The notes under the pieces: model-generated
Database searches by the model: none
What the model was told of the DNA's origin: nothing
The model's input: the letters and a program-made list of their open reading frames with translations, nothing else
In this document: positions 35,439-44,817 of the stretch, in pieces
How positions within the stretch are numbered: the stretch's first letter is position 1
Layout of the letters: the number at the start of each line of letters is the position of its first letter
Position numbers and translations under genes: made by a program
Assembly: GCA_027490575.1 (NCBI GenBank)
Contig: JAIXXV010000032.1
Span: forward strand, 13,211 to 77,210
Origin: a bacterium
Lineage (GTDB): Bacteria > Patescibacteriota > Minisyncoccia > Phycocordibacterales > CAIZLB01
Reading direction: 5' to 3'
DNA: 64,000 bases

Positions 35439-36362
35439 TTAAGCTACCACGTTCTGTTTTTTAAGCAATATCTGTACCGCCTTCGTAACTATTGGCAAAA
35501 TGTCATTATAAAAATTGAGCGTTAGTAGATCTTTTGCATTAAACCACCTTGCATCTGTTAGTCCTCCACTGGTTCCAAGTGTAAGCGGTATAAAGTCGGA
35601 CTTTGCCAGGTAGTAACAAACTTGCTTTCGAATCTTGCCATCTTCTGGATGAGATGCAATGTACTCATTGTTAGCCAACTCTTCCTCTATCTCAATATCT
35701 ATACCCATCTCCTCCTTAATCTCACGCATGATGCCATCTTTCATATCTTCGTCACCTTCTAATTTACCTTTTGATAGAGTCCAGTGCCCAAAAACATCAT
35801 GAACTAGAGCGAACTGCATCTCACCATCGTGCATGGCATATACCACAGCACCTCCTAGTTTTTGTATTGGCATTTCTTCATAAGGAACTTCCTTTTTCTC
35901 CTTTTTTTGCTTTTTTGTAGAAACCTCCTCCTTTCCTGGCTCGCCCATCTCTTTGTAGACAGCACCGAGTACTCCGTTTACGAACTTGCCGGATGTTTCC
36001 CCTCCGAAAGACTTCGCCAGCTCAATAGCCTCGTTGATGGCCACTTTAGCTGGTACCTCCTTCCTATCGCCAAAAATTAGCTCAAAAAGGCCTATTCTGA
36101 GCACATTTCGATCAACTATCGCAATCTTGGGTATTGGCCACTCAGGAGCTGCTTTTTCAATGATTAGGTCTATTTCAGGGTTCTTTTTAACCACACCATC
36201 TACAATGTTTTTAATAAACGAAAAATCGCCCATACCAGGAGCGAATTCTTCAACATTTCTTTGAACAATTTCACCAACAACAGCAGAGTCTGAAATACCT
36301 CGAAAGTCTCTTTCGAAAAGTGATTGTAGTGCTATTGATCGTGAAAGGTGCCTATTTGCCAT
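35439..36362 (-). CDS. nusB: NusB antitermination factor fused to a C-terminal Nudix hydrolase domain
   Basis: N-terminal ~140 aa are NusB-like (RSIALQSLFERDF...AINEAIELAKSFG). A K/E-rich linker follows. The C-terminal domain has an intact Nudix box GKLEGDEDMKDGIMREIKEEMGI. Confidence 0.8.
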   Translation of the reverse strand: MANRHLSRSIALQSLFERDFRGISDSAVVGEIVQRNVEEFAPGMGDFSFIKNIVDGVVKKNPEIDLIIEKAAPEWPIPKIAIVDRNVLRIGLFELIFGDRKEVPAKVAINEAIELAKSFGGETSGKFVNGVLGAVYKEMGEPGKEEVSTKKQKKEKKEVPYEEMPIQKLGGAVVYAMHDGEMQFALVHDVFGHWTLSKGKLEGDEDMKDGIMREIKEEMGIDIEIEEELANNEYIASHPEDGKIRKQVCYYLAKSDFIPLTLGTSGGLTDARWFNAKDLLTLNFYNDILPIVTKAVQILLKKQNVVA

Positions 36363-36447
36363 ATCAAAGATATATTTTTGTAACCAACCGAATATACTTT
36401 TAGTATATATTAAGTCGTATTGTTTATCAACCGTCTATATCAACCGC

Positions 36448-36678
36448 TTACTTTGTCTTTGTAGTCTTTTTAGCTTTACTTGTGACTTCTGCTTTGTCAG
36501 CTTTAGCTTGAATACCTAGAATATCTTTCCCTTTGTAAAAACCACAATGAGAACATGCGAGGTGTTTCTTCTTCGGCTGACCACATTTTTCACATAGGAT
36601 AAAGCCTACTCCAGAAAGGGCGTGGTGACTTCTTCGGTTCCGAGTGTGACCTCGGGTATGTCGCATTTGATTTACCAT
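36448..36678 (-). CDS. rpmF: Ribosomal protein L32
   Basis: RHTRGHTRNRRSHHAL plus a CxxC...CxxC zinc ribbon (CEKCG...CSHCG). Confidence 0.85.
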   Translation of the reverse strand: MVNQMRHTRGHTRNRRSHHALSGVGFILCEKCGQPKKKHLACSHCGFYKGKDILGIQAKADKAEVTSKAKKTTKTK

Positions 36679-36784
36679 AGATGACTATTATACTGATTTT
36701 AAGAAGGTTTGCAACAGGGCCAATGCGCTTGGTATTACGCGCGCATTTCCACGAGTTTTTCAGCGTACTTAGGAGTATTTGCAT

Positions 36785-36817
36785 AAAAAAAGGCTCTCCG
36801 GTACTGGACCGGGAGCC
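36785..36817 (-). terminator. Terminator of the small basic-protein gene
   Basis: Minus strand: ggctcccgg tccagta ccggagagcc followed by ttttttt. Confidence 0.7.
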
Positions 36818-36898
36818 TAGGGGTTGATTAGGGCGAAATTCAATCATTATTTGTGAGACTTGGCTCAATGATTGGTTTCTATGTTCTTAGAAAAACTA

Positions 36899-37051
36899 TC
36901 AGCTTGCTCGGCCAGGCCTGCGACGAATGTGCCCGCCTGGGTTATCACGTTCGTCCAGGTAGTGAACCACCCTGTCGTGCTCGTTTCTTGGTGTACGCGG
37001 CCGCTTGTGGCCGTTTCTTGGATTCCGCTTTAACTGACGTCCTTGTGCCAT
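36899..37051 (-). CDS. Very basic 50-aa orphan protein (MAQGRQLKRNPRNGHKRPRTPRNEHDR...)
   Basis: ATG 37051 is preceded by AAGGAA at 5-6 nt. Visibly G+C-rich, TGA stop, own terminator. Rich in Arg/Pro/His/Asn. An RNA-gene alternative cannot be excluded. Confidence 0.4.
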   Translation of the reverse strand: MAQGRQLKRNPRNGHKRPRTPRNEHDRVVHYLDERDNPGGHIRRRPGRAS

Positions 37052-37114
37052 ACGATTTCCTTTTTTTTCGATTTTATGTGTGACCATTGTCGACTCCTGC
37101 TACCAAGCAGAAAT

Positions 37115-37888
37115 TTAGATGGATTTACGTATATTACGACAATAACTCTCTCTATGCAAGTCAGATAATCCATGTTGTGATATAAGGCGCCGGTGAGACT
37201 CCGTACCGTACCCTTTGTGCTTTTCAAAGCCATATTTTCCGTATTCTGGATTATTCGCACATTTGGCCATATTTAGATCCCTTTTCACCTTTGCATAGAT
37301 AGAAGCAAATGATATGACCATCTCTTTTTCATCACCTTTTGTAAATGTTTCCTGGTTTTCGAAATCCGCCGGAGCTTTCAGTCCACCGTCGAGTAAAATG
37401 CAATATTCAGATTCAGTTGATCCAGTATCTCTCATGTGTTTTTGAAGACCGTCACCGATGCAACTTTTTATACACATACTTATACCTTGGTTATCAATTT
37501 GCCTAGCTGTTTTTGATAGGTAAATGAAACTTGCAGAGGAGCCTAGCTCTGCGTCCTTAAAAAATCTTGACCAAGATTCCCTCAGCGCTGATGAAAGTTT
37601 TTTTGAATCTTTTTCATACACATATGAGAGTTTATGCTTTTTAAGATTCTCTTTGTTTTTCTTTAAAAATTCTTTATATGAATTTGAGACATTCTTCACA
37701 AAGGGCATGAAGCAGATACCTACACCTACTGGACCTGCCAGAGGCCCTCTTCCTACCTCATCTATACCTACGAGCCACTTTGGTTTATGACTTTTCAGTG
37801 TGTTTTTTGGTGTACTTTTTCTCGCCCGTATTTGCACAGGTTTTTGCGCAGGTCTTTTCACGATCATTTGTTTAGCCATTAGTGTCAT
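37115..37888 (-). CDS. rnhB: Ribonuclease HII with a basic N-terminal extension
   Basis: GIDEVGRGPLAGPV catalytic motif and HKGYGT. Confidence 0.85.
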   Translation of the reverse strand: MTLMAKQMIVKRPAQKPVQIRARKSTPKNTLKSHKPKWLVGIDEVGRGPLAGPVGVGICFMPFVKNVSNSYKEFLKKNKENLKKHKLSYVYEKDSKKLSSALRESWSRFFKDAELGSSASFIYLSKTARQIDNQGISMCIKSCIGDGLQKHMRDTGSTESEYCILLDGGLKAPADFENQETFTKGDEKEMVISFASIYAKVKRDLNMAKCANNPEYGKYGFEKHKGYGTESHRRLISQHGLSDLHRESYCRNIRKSI

Positions 37889-37962
37889 TATTTACCCATT
37901 ATACAACACACAAACCTTATCCACTTCTTTATGTTTCTTAATAAAAATTTTATAATAGCTTC

Positions 37963-40900
37963 ATGACTTCTAAGGACCCTATCGTTCCCGACAATGAAAC
38001 AGCAAAAAAGAGATTTGTGCACTTGCACACTCACACTCACTATAGTCTACTCCAAGCACTACCAAAGATCCCGGATTTGATAAAAAAAGCAAAAGAGTCA
38101 GGTATGGACGCATTGGCAATCACTGACAATGGAAACATGTATGCAACTATCGAGTTCGTAAAAGAAGTTGATGGGAAAGATATCAAACCAATCATCGGTG
38201 TAGACTTTTTCGTGGCAGTCAGAACAAGACATGACAAAGAGCCTCGCATAGACAATCGTAGTAAAAAACTTTTATTGTTGGCAAAAGATTCTGTTGGTTA
38301 TCAAAGTCTAAAGATGCTTGTGACTCGTTCAAACTTTGAAGGTTTCTATTATCGTCCACGTATTGATAAGGAACTTATAGAAGAGTACAAAGATGGTGTG
38401 ATTGCTATCATGCCGTCTTTCGGTGGTGAAGTCGCGTCTTTAGCTAGCACAGGTAACATAGATGAAGCCAAGAAAGTATTAGAATATTATAAAGAAGTAT
38501 ATGGTTCATCAAAAGACCCTAAAGAGAGTAACCTATTCATAGAAATCACAAAACATGATGATGTGGAAGATCATAAAGTGACTATGGAACGCATGATAGA
38601 GATTGCGAGAGACTGTGATGTACCTATAGTTGCTGCTCATAACATTTTCTATACAAATCCTGACGATAAAAAAGCACGTACGACCCTACTCTCAGTTCAG
38701 AAAAGCTTTTCAAGTGGCCCGGTTGAAGATGCTGAGGGAGATTTTTCATTTCAAAGTACAGATCAAATGCTTGAGCATTTCAAAGACTTACCTGAAGCTA
38801 TAGAAAACACTGGTATCATAGCTGACAGATGCAACCTTGAGATACCACTTGGAAACTGGGTTTTTCCAAAACTAGAAGTAAGTGATCATCATAAAAATTC
38901 TGAAAAACCATATGATGAGGAGTTGCGCGAAGTTGTATATAAAGGATTCGCCAGAAGAAAAGTAGAAAAAACTGAAGAAGTTATAAAGAGAGTTGAATAC
39001 GAATTGGAAGTTATACGAAATAAAGGTTATGCACCTTACTTCTTGGTGGTAGCCGACCTTCTAAGGTATGCAAAAGAAAATGGCATACTCTCAAATATTA
39101 GAGGATCTGTATCTGGTTCGATGGTGACTTACCTTTCTGGTATTACAAATATTGACCCTATTGAGTACGAAATACCATTTGAAAGATTCCTAAACCCCGA
39201 TCGTCCATCAGCTCCCGATATCGATATGGACTATGCCGATAACCGTAGAGATGAGATGGTGGAATACACAAGACAAAAATACGGTAGAGACAAAGTGGCA
39301 CAGATTGGAACTTTCGGTACGATGGCAGCCCGCGGATCAGTTAGAGATGTGACACGTGCACTTGGCTTTCCTATCTCACTTGGAGATCAAGTCGCCAAAC
39401 TTATACCTATGGGTAAGCAAGGTTTTCCTATGACTATAGAGTTAGCGCTTGCGACAGTTCCAGAGCTAGCTGACTTGTACAAAGAAAATGCTGATGTAAA
39501 GCAAGTGATAGACATGGCAAAAAAGATTGAAGGTTGTGCAAGACATATCTCTATCCACGCAGCAGGTGTAGTTATTTCCCCAACTGATATCACTGACTAT
39601 ACACCTTTGCAATACGACCCTAAAGGTGAGATGAAAATCATTACTCAATACGATATGTACTCTATCGAGGATGCAGGTCTTTTGAAGTTTGACTTCCTCG
39701 GCTTGAAAAACCTCTCTATCATCGCCGATGCCATAGAGATTGCCGAGGCTCGTAACAAAGATAAAAACTTGCACATTGATATAGACACGATACCTCTCGA
39801 TGATGTTAAGACTTTTGAAATGCTTCAGCGTGGTGAGACGGAAGACTTGTTCCAATTAAACGGCGATGGTATGACACGTTTCCTAAAAGAGCTAAAACCC
39901 AACTCTATCCACGACATCAATGCGATGGTGGCACTATATCGTCCCGGACCACTTCAGTTCATCCCAGACTATATCGAGAGAAAGCATGATCCGAAAAAGA
40001 TTCCTGACATGGACCCTGATGTTTATGAAATCTTGAAGAAAACTTTTGGTGTACTAGTGTATCAAGATGACCTTTTGATGATGGCGCACAAGCTAGCTGG
40101 ATATAGTTGGGGCGAAGTAGATAAGTTCCGTAAAGCTGTAGGAAAGAAGATTCCAGAGGAAATGGCAAAGCAGAGAGAGAAGTTTATCCAGGGCTGTATA
40201 GAACACAGTGGTTGGGACAAAAAGCGTGCAGAGGAAGTGTGGGTAAAGATAGAACCATTTGCATCATACGGTTTCAACAAAGCTCACTCTGTATCATACG
40301 GACGAGTTGCGTATATCACGGCATATCTAAAAGCCAACTATCCCGCTGAGTATATGAGTGCTGTACTTACTCATGAATCAGGTGACGTTGAAAAGATTGC
40401 AGTATCTGTACAGGATTGTAAAAGAATGAAGATAGAGGTATTGCCTCCAAATGTAAATGAGAGTTATGGAAACTTTGGTGTGGTCGAAGATAAGATAATA
40501 CGTTTTGGACTATACAGTGTGAAAAACTCTGGTGAAGGCATAGCGGATGCGATTATCGCTGAGCGTAAGAAAAATGGAAAATATAAAACTCTTGAAGATT
40601 TTCTAAAGAGAGTTAAGGACCGAAACCTCAACAAGAAGTCTATGGAATCTTTGATCAAGGCTGGTGCTTTTGATGAGTTTGGAGACAGAGGAATCCTACT
40701 TGCCAACCTCCCTGACCTTCTCGAATACAACAAGGAACTTGCAAAGATGCCAGAAAACCAAGATTCACTCTTTGGCGCATTTGGCATGGATGACTCCGAC
40801 GGCTTGAGTACAGATGCAAATCATCTAAAACTTCAAGATGCACAGCCCGCCGATCCTACAGAAAAACTTCTTTGGGAAAAAGAGCTTCTCGGTTTGTACA

Positions 40901-41517
40901 TCTCAGGTCACCCTCTCGACAAACATCGCGCAACTTTGGACCAGCGTGAGCACAACATCGCTCGAGTAAAGCGAATGATTATGGAAGACGCTGAAGCCTT
41001 TGAGGCAAAGCAACAACGCGATGCTGAAAAAGCAGCTTTCCGACTGGCTCAAATGATACAGTATCGAAAAGAGCGAGGTCTACCTATAGAAGACATGGAC
41101 ATTGATGCAAGTGATGATGGAAAGTTGGCAGCGAGCGCTGGTAACAACGGTGTTGCGGAGGCAAACGGATCGGCGGAAAAAGGTAATGAACCAAAACCAA
41201 CAAAACCTGCTAAAAAAATGACACGTGAAGAAATACGAAAACAACAAGAAGCATCTCGTCCGAAAGAAAGAGTCTTGGTTATTGCAGGTATCATTGAATC
41301 AGTAAAAGAAATCCCTACCAAAAAAGATCCTACTCAAAAAATGATGTTCCTAAACGTCGCCGACTTCACTGGTTCTATAGAAGTAGTGGTCTTTCCAAAA
41401 TCATATGAACTCCATAAAGCCATGTTAAAACCTGATGCATGTGTAGCCATAAAAGGCAGGACTTCTAGTAGAAATGGTACACCGAGTTTGATGTTGGAGA
41501 ATATTAAGGTTTTGTAA
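37963..41517 (+). CDS. dnaE: DNA polymerase III alpha subunit
   Basis: PHP domain FVHLHTHTHYSLL, followed by polymerase core and OB-fold regions. 1184 aa, unbroken. Confidence 0.95.
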   Translation: MTSKDPIVPDNETAKKRFVHLHTHTHYSLLQALPKIPDLIKKAKESGMDALAITDNGNMYATIEFVKEVDGKDIKPIIGVDFFVAVRTRHDKEPRIDNRSKKLLLLAKDSVGYQSLKMLVTRSNFEGFYYRPRIDKELIEEYKDGVIAIMPSFGGEVASLASTGNIDEAKKVLEYYKEVYGSSKDPKESNLFIEITKHDDVEDHKVTMERMIEIARDCDVPIVAAHNIFYTNPDDKKARTTLLSVQKSFSSGPVEDAEGDFSFQSTDQMLEHFKDLPEAIENTGIIADRCNLEIPLGNWVFPKLEVSDHHKNSEKPYDEELREVVYKGFARRKVEKTEEVIKRVEYELEVIRNKGYAPYFLVVADLLRYAKENGILSNIRGSVSGSMVTYLSGITNIDPIEYEIPFERFLNPDRPSAPDIDMDYADNRRDEMVEYTRQKYGRDKVAQIGTFGTMAARGSVRDVTRALGFPISLGDQVAKLIPMGKQGFPMTIELALATVPELADLYKENADVKQVIDMAKKIEGCARHISIHAAGVVISPTDITDYTPLQYDPKGEMKIITQYDMYSIEDAGLLKFDFLGLKNLSIIADAIEIAEARNKDKNLHIDIDTIPLDDVKTFEMLQRGETEDLFQLNGDGMTRFLKELKPNSIHDINAMVALYRPGPLQFIPDYIERKHDPKKIPDMDPDVYEILKKTFGVLVYQDDLLMMAHKLAGYSWGEVDKFRKAVGKKIPEEMAKQREKFIQGCIEHSGWDKKRAEEVWVKIEPFASYGFNKAHSVSYGRVAYITAYLKANYPAEYMSAVLTHESGDVEKIAVSVQDCKRMKIEVLPPNVNESYGNFGVVEDKIIRFGLYSVKNSGEGIADAIIAERKKNGKYKTLEDFLKRVKDRNLNKKSMESLIKAGAFDEFGDRGILLANLPDLLEYNKELAKMPENQDSLFGAFGMDDSDGLSTDANHLKLQDAQPADPTEKLLWEKELLGLYISGHPLDKHRATLDQREHNIARVKRMIMEDAEAFEAKQQRDAEKAAFRLAQMIQYRKERGLPIEDMDIDASDDGKLAASAGNNGVAEANGSAEKGNEPKPTKPAKKMTREEIRKQQEASRPKERVLVIAGIIESVKEIPTKKDPTQKMMFLNVADFTGSIEVVVFPKSYELHKAMLKPDACVAIKGRTSSRNGTPSLMLENIKVL

Positions 41518-41563
41518 TGAAAACACCCTCCCAAAACCCCAAAAATCTGCTATCATAGACACC

Positions 41564-43405
41564 ATGAATAAAGATAACCAAGAAGCGCAAAGCGCTCAAA
41601 ACATAGAACATATTCGCCATTCCCTAGCCCACCTATTGGCGACGGCGACCTTGGAAATCTTTCCTGACACTCTTTTGACTATAGGCCCTGCCGTGGACGA
41701 TGGATTCTACTATGATATGGATTTTCAAAAACCTCTTGTTGAGAGTGACCTAAAAAGTATAGAGGAAAAGATGGGGGATATTTTGAAACAATGGTCTAAA
41801 CTACCCGATGGAGAAAGAGGTTTCAGACACAAGGAGGTTTCAGTCGATGAGGCTCGAGCACTTTTTGCCAACAACCATTACAAGCTAGAGCTTATAGAAG
41901 ACATCGCCAAAAAAGGTGAAGCTATCACTTTATATACATGTGGTCACAGTATAGATACTTCTGCGCAACCAACGCATCCTAAAAATCACATTCCCGAATT
42001 TACAGACTTATGCCGTGGAGGACATGTTGAAGACTTGTCAGAGATTGATCCAAAATCATTTAAGCTAACTCGTATTGCAGGAGCATACTGGCGAGGTGAT
42101 GAAAAGAACAAGATGTTAACTAGAGTTTACGGTATTGCTTTTGGAAGTAAAGACGAACTTCAAGCGTATATAACTCAACAAGAAGAAGCTAAAAAGAGAG
42201 ATCATAGAAAACTCGGACGCGAACTAAAACTTTTCACTATATCTGATCTTGTAGGATCTGGCCTTCCCCTTTTCCAACCAAAAGGTACAGTGCTCAGAAA
42301 AGCACTTGAGGATTATCTATGGGAACTACATGAACCTAGAGGCTACAGCAGAGTATGGACACCTCACCTTGCAAAAGCTGACCTATATATGACATCAGGT
42401 CACGGTATGCACTATCTTGCGGATATGTTCTCAGTACATGGTGGTACTAGTAAAGAAGACTTCTATGTAAAACCTATGAACTGTCCTCACCACATGCAGT
42501 TGTTTGCTGACAATCAGTTTTCATACAGAGATATGCCTGTAAGATACTTCGAACCTGCTACAGTATATAGAGACGAAAAAACGGGACAACTAGGAGGTCT
42601 TACTCGTGTGCGTTCAATCACCCAAGACGATGGCCACCTTTTCTGCAGAGTATCTCAACTTCACGAAGAAGCGTCTAGTATAGTTGATATCATTAAAACT
42701 TTTTATGGGACTATGGGAATGCTCGATGGTTACAAAGTCCGTCTATCACTACGAGGCGACGACAAAGAAAACTATTTAGGGAGCGATGCGGTTTGGGAAA
42801 CAGCTGAAAACGCACTGACTGAAGTATGTAAAAGCAAAGACCTTCCTTATTTCGAAGGTAAAGGTGAGGCGGCTTTCTACGGACCAAAGCTAGACTTCAT
42901 GTTCAAAGATGCTATCGGCCGTGAGCACCAACTGGCAACTGTACAGTGTGATTTCAACTTACCTGAGAGGTTCGATTTGTCATTTGTTAACGAGAAAGGC
43001 GAAAAAGAAAGACCTGTCGTTATCCACCGAGCAATATCAGGTTCACTAGAGAGATTCTTAGGAGTAATGATAGAGCACTTTGCAGGAGCATTCCCACTTT
43101 GGATGTCACCCGTTCAAACAAAAGTCGTACCTATTGGCGAAAGACAATTTGAGTATGCACAAGAAGTTCAACAGCAACTGCGTGCGAAAGGTATCAGATC
43201 AGAAGTAGATCTGTCTGGAGACTCATTAGGTAAAAAAATCCGTAATGCAAAAACTGAAAAAATTCCATATGTACTCGTACTAGGAGACAAAGAGGTTGAA
43301 ACAAAAACTGTGACTATCGAAAGTAGAACTGGCAATGAAGGTGCTGTTTCTGTTGAAGACTTTTTGGTGAGATTGAAGAGTGAGATTGATGGCAGGGAGT
43401 TATAA
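41564..43405 (+). CDS. thrS: Threonine--tRNA ligase
   Basis: Class II core with RDHRKLG, the editing-domain HxxxH region and a C-terminal anticodon-binding domain. 613 aa. Confidence 0.95.
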   Translation: MNKDNQEAQSAQNIEHIRHSLAHLLATATLEIFPDTLLTIGPAVDDGFYYDMDFQKPLVESDLKSIEEKMGDILKQWSKLPDGERGFRHKEVSVDEARALFANNHYKLELIEDIAKKGEAITLYTCGHSIDTSAQPTHPKNHIPEFTDLCRGGHVEDLSEIDPKSFKLTRIAGAYWRGDEKNKMLTRVYGIAFGSKDELQAYITQQEEAKKRDHRKLGRELKLFTISDLVGSGLPLFQPKGTVLRKALEDYLWELHEPRGYSRVWTPHLAKADLYMTSGHGMHYLADMFSVHGGTSKEDFYVKPMNCPHHMQLFADNQFSYRDMPVRYFEPATVYRDEKTGQLGGLTRVRSITQDDGHLFCRVSQLHEEASSIVDIIKTFYGTMGMLDGYKVRLSLRGDDKENYLGSDAVWETAENALTEVCKSKDLPYFEGKGEAAFYGPKLDFMFKDAIGREHQLATVQCDFNLPERFDLSFVNEKGEKERPVVIHRAISGSLERFLGVMIEHFAGAFPLWMSPVQTKVVPIGERQFEYAQEVQQQLRAKGIRSEVDLSGDSLGKKIRNAKTEKIPYVLVLGDKEVETKTVTIESRTGNEGAVSVEDFLVRLKSEIDGREL

Positions 43406-43488
43406 TTAGGAACTAACAATTGAAAATTGTCGATTGACACAAAGTCTGTCCGTGATAAAATACAATCACAATGGACTACAAAATGTAG

Positions 43489-43926
43489 TCAGTCGAGGAA
43501 GCCATCTCTAGTAAATAGAGATGGCTTTCGATCTTTTAGGGCTGCTATTATAAGGTTCTTGATATTTTTAAAGTCTAGGTTTGAAATCCTACTTATATTA
43601 TTAACTTGCCTAAGAAATCTCTTTGAGCTCATCATCTTAATCTGTGATATCAGAACAGTATAAGGTTTATTATCAATGTGAATCCTGTAATCAAATATTC
43701 CGAGATTAGTTTTTGAGGACAAAGGTAAAACCCAAGCCATATTTTTGCTAAACTTCCTAAGGATTAATATCGGCCACTCAAAGTTTTGATTTTTTCCATC
43801 TTGTTCATGGCCAACATTCAAACCAATGGAAGACCACCAAATTTCTCTTTCTCTAAAAAAAATCAGGGAGTCATCTCTCTGATTAATTACTGACTTTAAA
43901 TCACCCCAATCTGAAAAATCCTTCAT
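43489..43926 (-). CDS. PemK/MazF-like toxin-fold protein, no adjacent antitoxin ORF
   Basis: REIWWSSIGLNVGHEQDGKNQNFEWPILIL resembles the MazF/PemK N-terminal beta core (GxIxW..fg.n.G.Eq.G..RP.lIl). TGA stop. The last ~13 codons run through hairpin 43499-43527. Confidence 0.55.
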   Translation of the reverse strand: MKDFSDWGDLKSVINQRDDSLIFFREREIWWSSIGLNVGHEQDGKNQNFEWPILILRKFSKNMAWVLPLSSKTNLGIFDYRIHIDNKPYTVLISQIKMMSSKRFLRQVNNISRISNLDFKNIKNLIIAALKDRKPSLFTRDGFLD

Positions 43927-43986
43927 GTATACAATTTAGCACTTAAACACTTAAGAAATATTAAATTTTTTATAAATTAAACATTG

Positions 43987-44727
43987 ATGTATAGTTACAG
44001 GACCAAAGCAATGACACCCTTAAACCTCGACATATCATGGAAAAACCCTCTCTCTGCCGAACTACAAAAGCCCTATTTCATAGATCTTATGAAAGTTGTA
44101 GATGACCTGTACGAACAAAACCCAGACAGTGTATTCCCCTCCCACCAAAACCTATTTAAGGCTTTTGAGGAGTGCTCATTTGATAATGTGAAAGTGGTAA
44201 TACTTGGCCAAGACCCATATCACCGCACTGACAGCAAAGGAGCGCCTCAGGCAACAGGTCTAGCATTTGCTGTGCCCTGCGACCAAAAGCTACCGCCATC
44301 TCTTAAGAATATCTTTAAGGAAATTTCATCTGACTTGTGCATAGACACTAGCGACAACACCAAAAACCAGACTAATGGTGACCTAACTCGCTGGGCAAAG
44401 CAAGGGGTGCTTTTGCTAAACTCCACACTGGCTGTCGAGCATGCGAAGCCTGGTTCACATTATGGATATGGTTGGGAAACATTTACAGACTCAGTCATAA
44501 AAGTACTTTCAGACCAAAGAGAAAACTTAGTCTTTATGCTTTGGGGAAATTATGCAAGGGAAAAGTCACAGCTTATAGACAAAACAAAGCACCTAGTCCT
44601 AGAGTCATCTCATCCATCTCCTTTCTCGGCACATAACAAGATAGATGGATTTATCGGATGCAAGCATTTCAGTAAAGCAAATGATTATCTGGTACAGCAC
44701 GGCAAGCGAATTATAGACTGGCGCTAG
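43987..44727 (+). CDS. ung: Uracil-DNA glycosylase (family 1)
   Basis: GQDPYH water-activating loop, GVLLLN, HPSPFSA. The start could be 43984 (TTG), 43987 or 44011. Confidence 0.9.
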   Translation: MYSYRTKAMTPLNLDISWKNPLSAELQKPYFIDLMKVVDDLYEQNPDSVFPSHQNLFKAFEECSFDNVKVVILGQDPYHRTDSKGAPQATGLAFAVPCDQKLPPSLKNIFKEISSDLCIDTSDNTKNQTNGDLTRWAKQGVLLLNSTLAVEHAKPGSHYGYGWETFTDSVIKVLSDQRENLVFMLWGNYAREKSQLIDKTKHLVLESSHPSPFSAHNKIDGFIGCKHFSKANDYLVQHGKRIIDWR

Positions 44728-44754
44728 AACAAAACACGAATCACTACACGCACA

Positions 44755-44788
44755 AAAAGACCGCACACAAGGCGCGGTCTTTTGTTTG
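44755..44788. terminator. Bidirectional terminator between ung and the surface-protein gene
   Basis: aaaa agaccgc acacaaggc gcggtct tttgttt. Confidence 0.7.
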
Positions 44789-44817
44789 AAAATTGTAGAT
44801 ATTTTCTCAGCAGATTA

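Noticed and set aside
36853-37083. Plus-strand 76-aa ORF overlapping the small basic-protein gene.
   Set aside because: It has no SD or promoter context on the plus strand. The minus-strand ORF has an AAGGAA SD at correct spacing and a downstream terminator. The plus-strand ORF is most likely a shadow of G+C-rich sequence.
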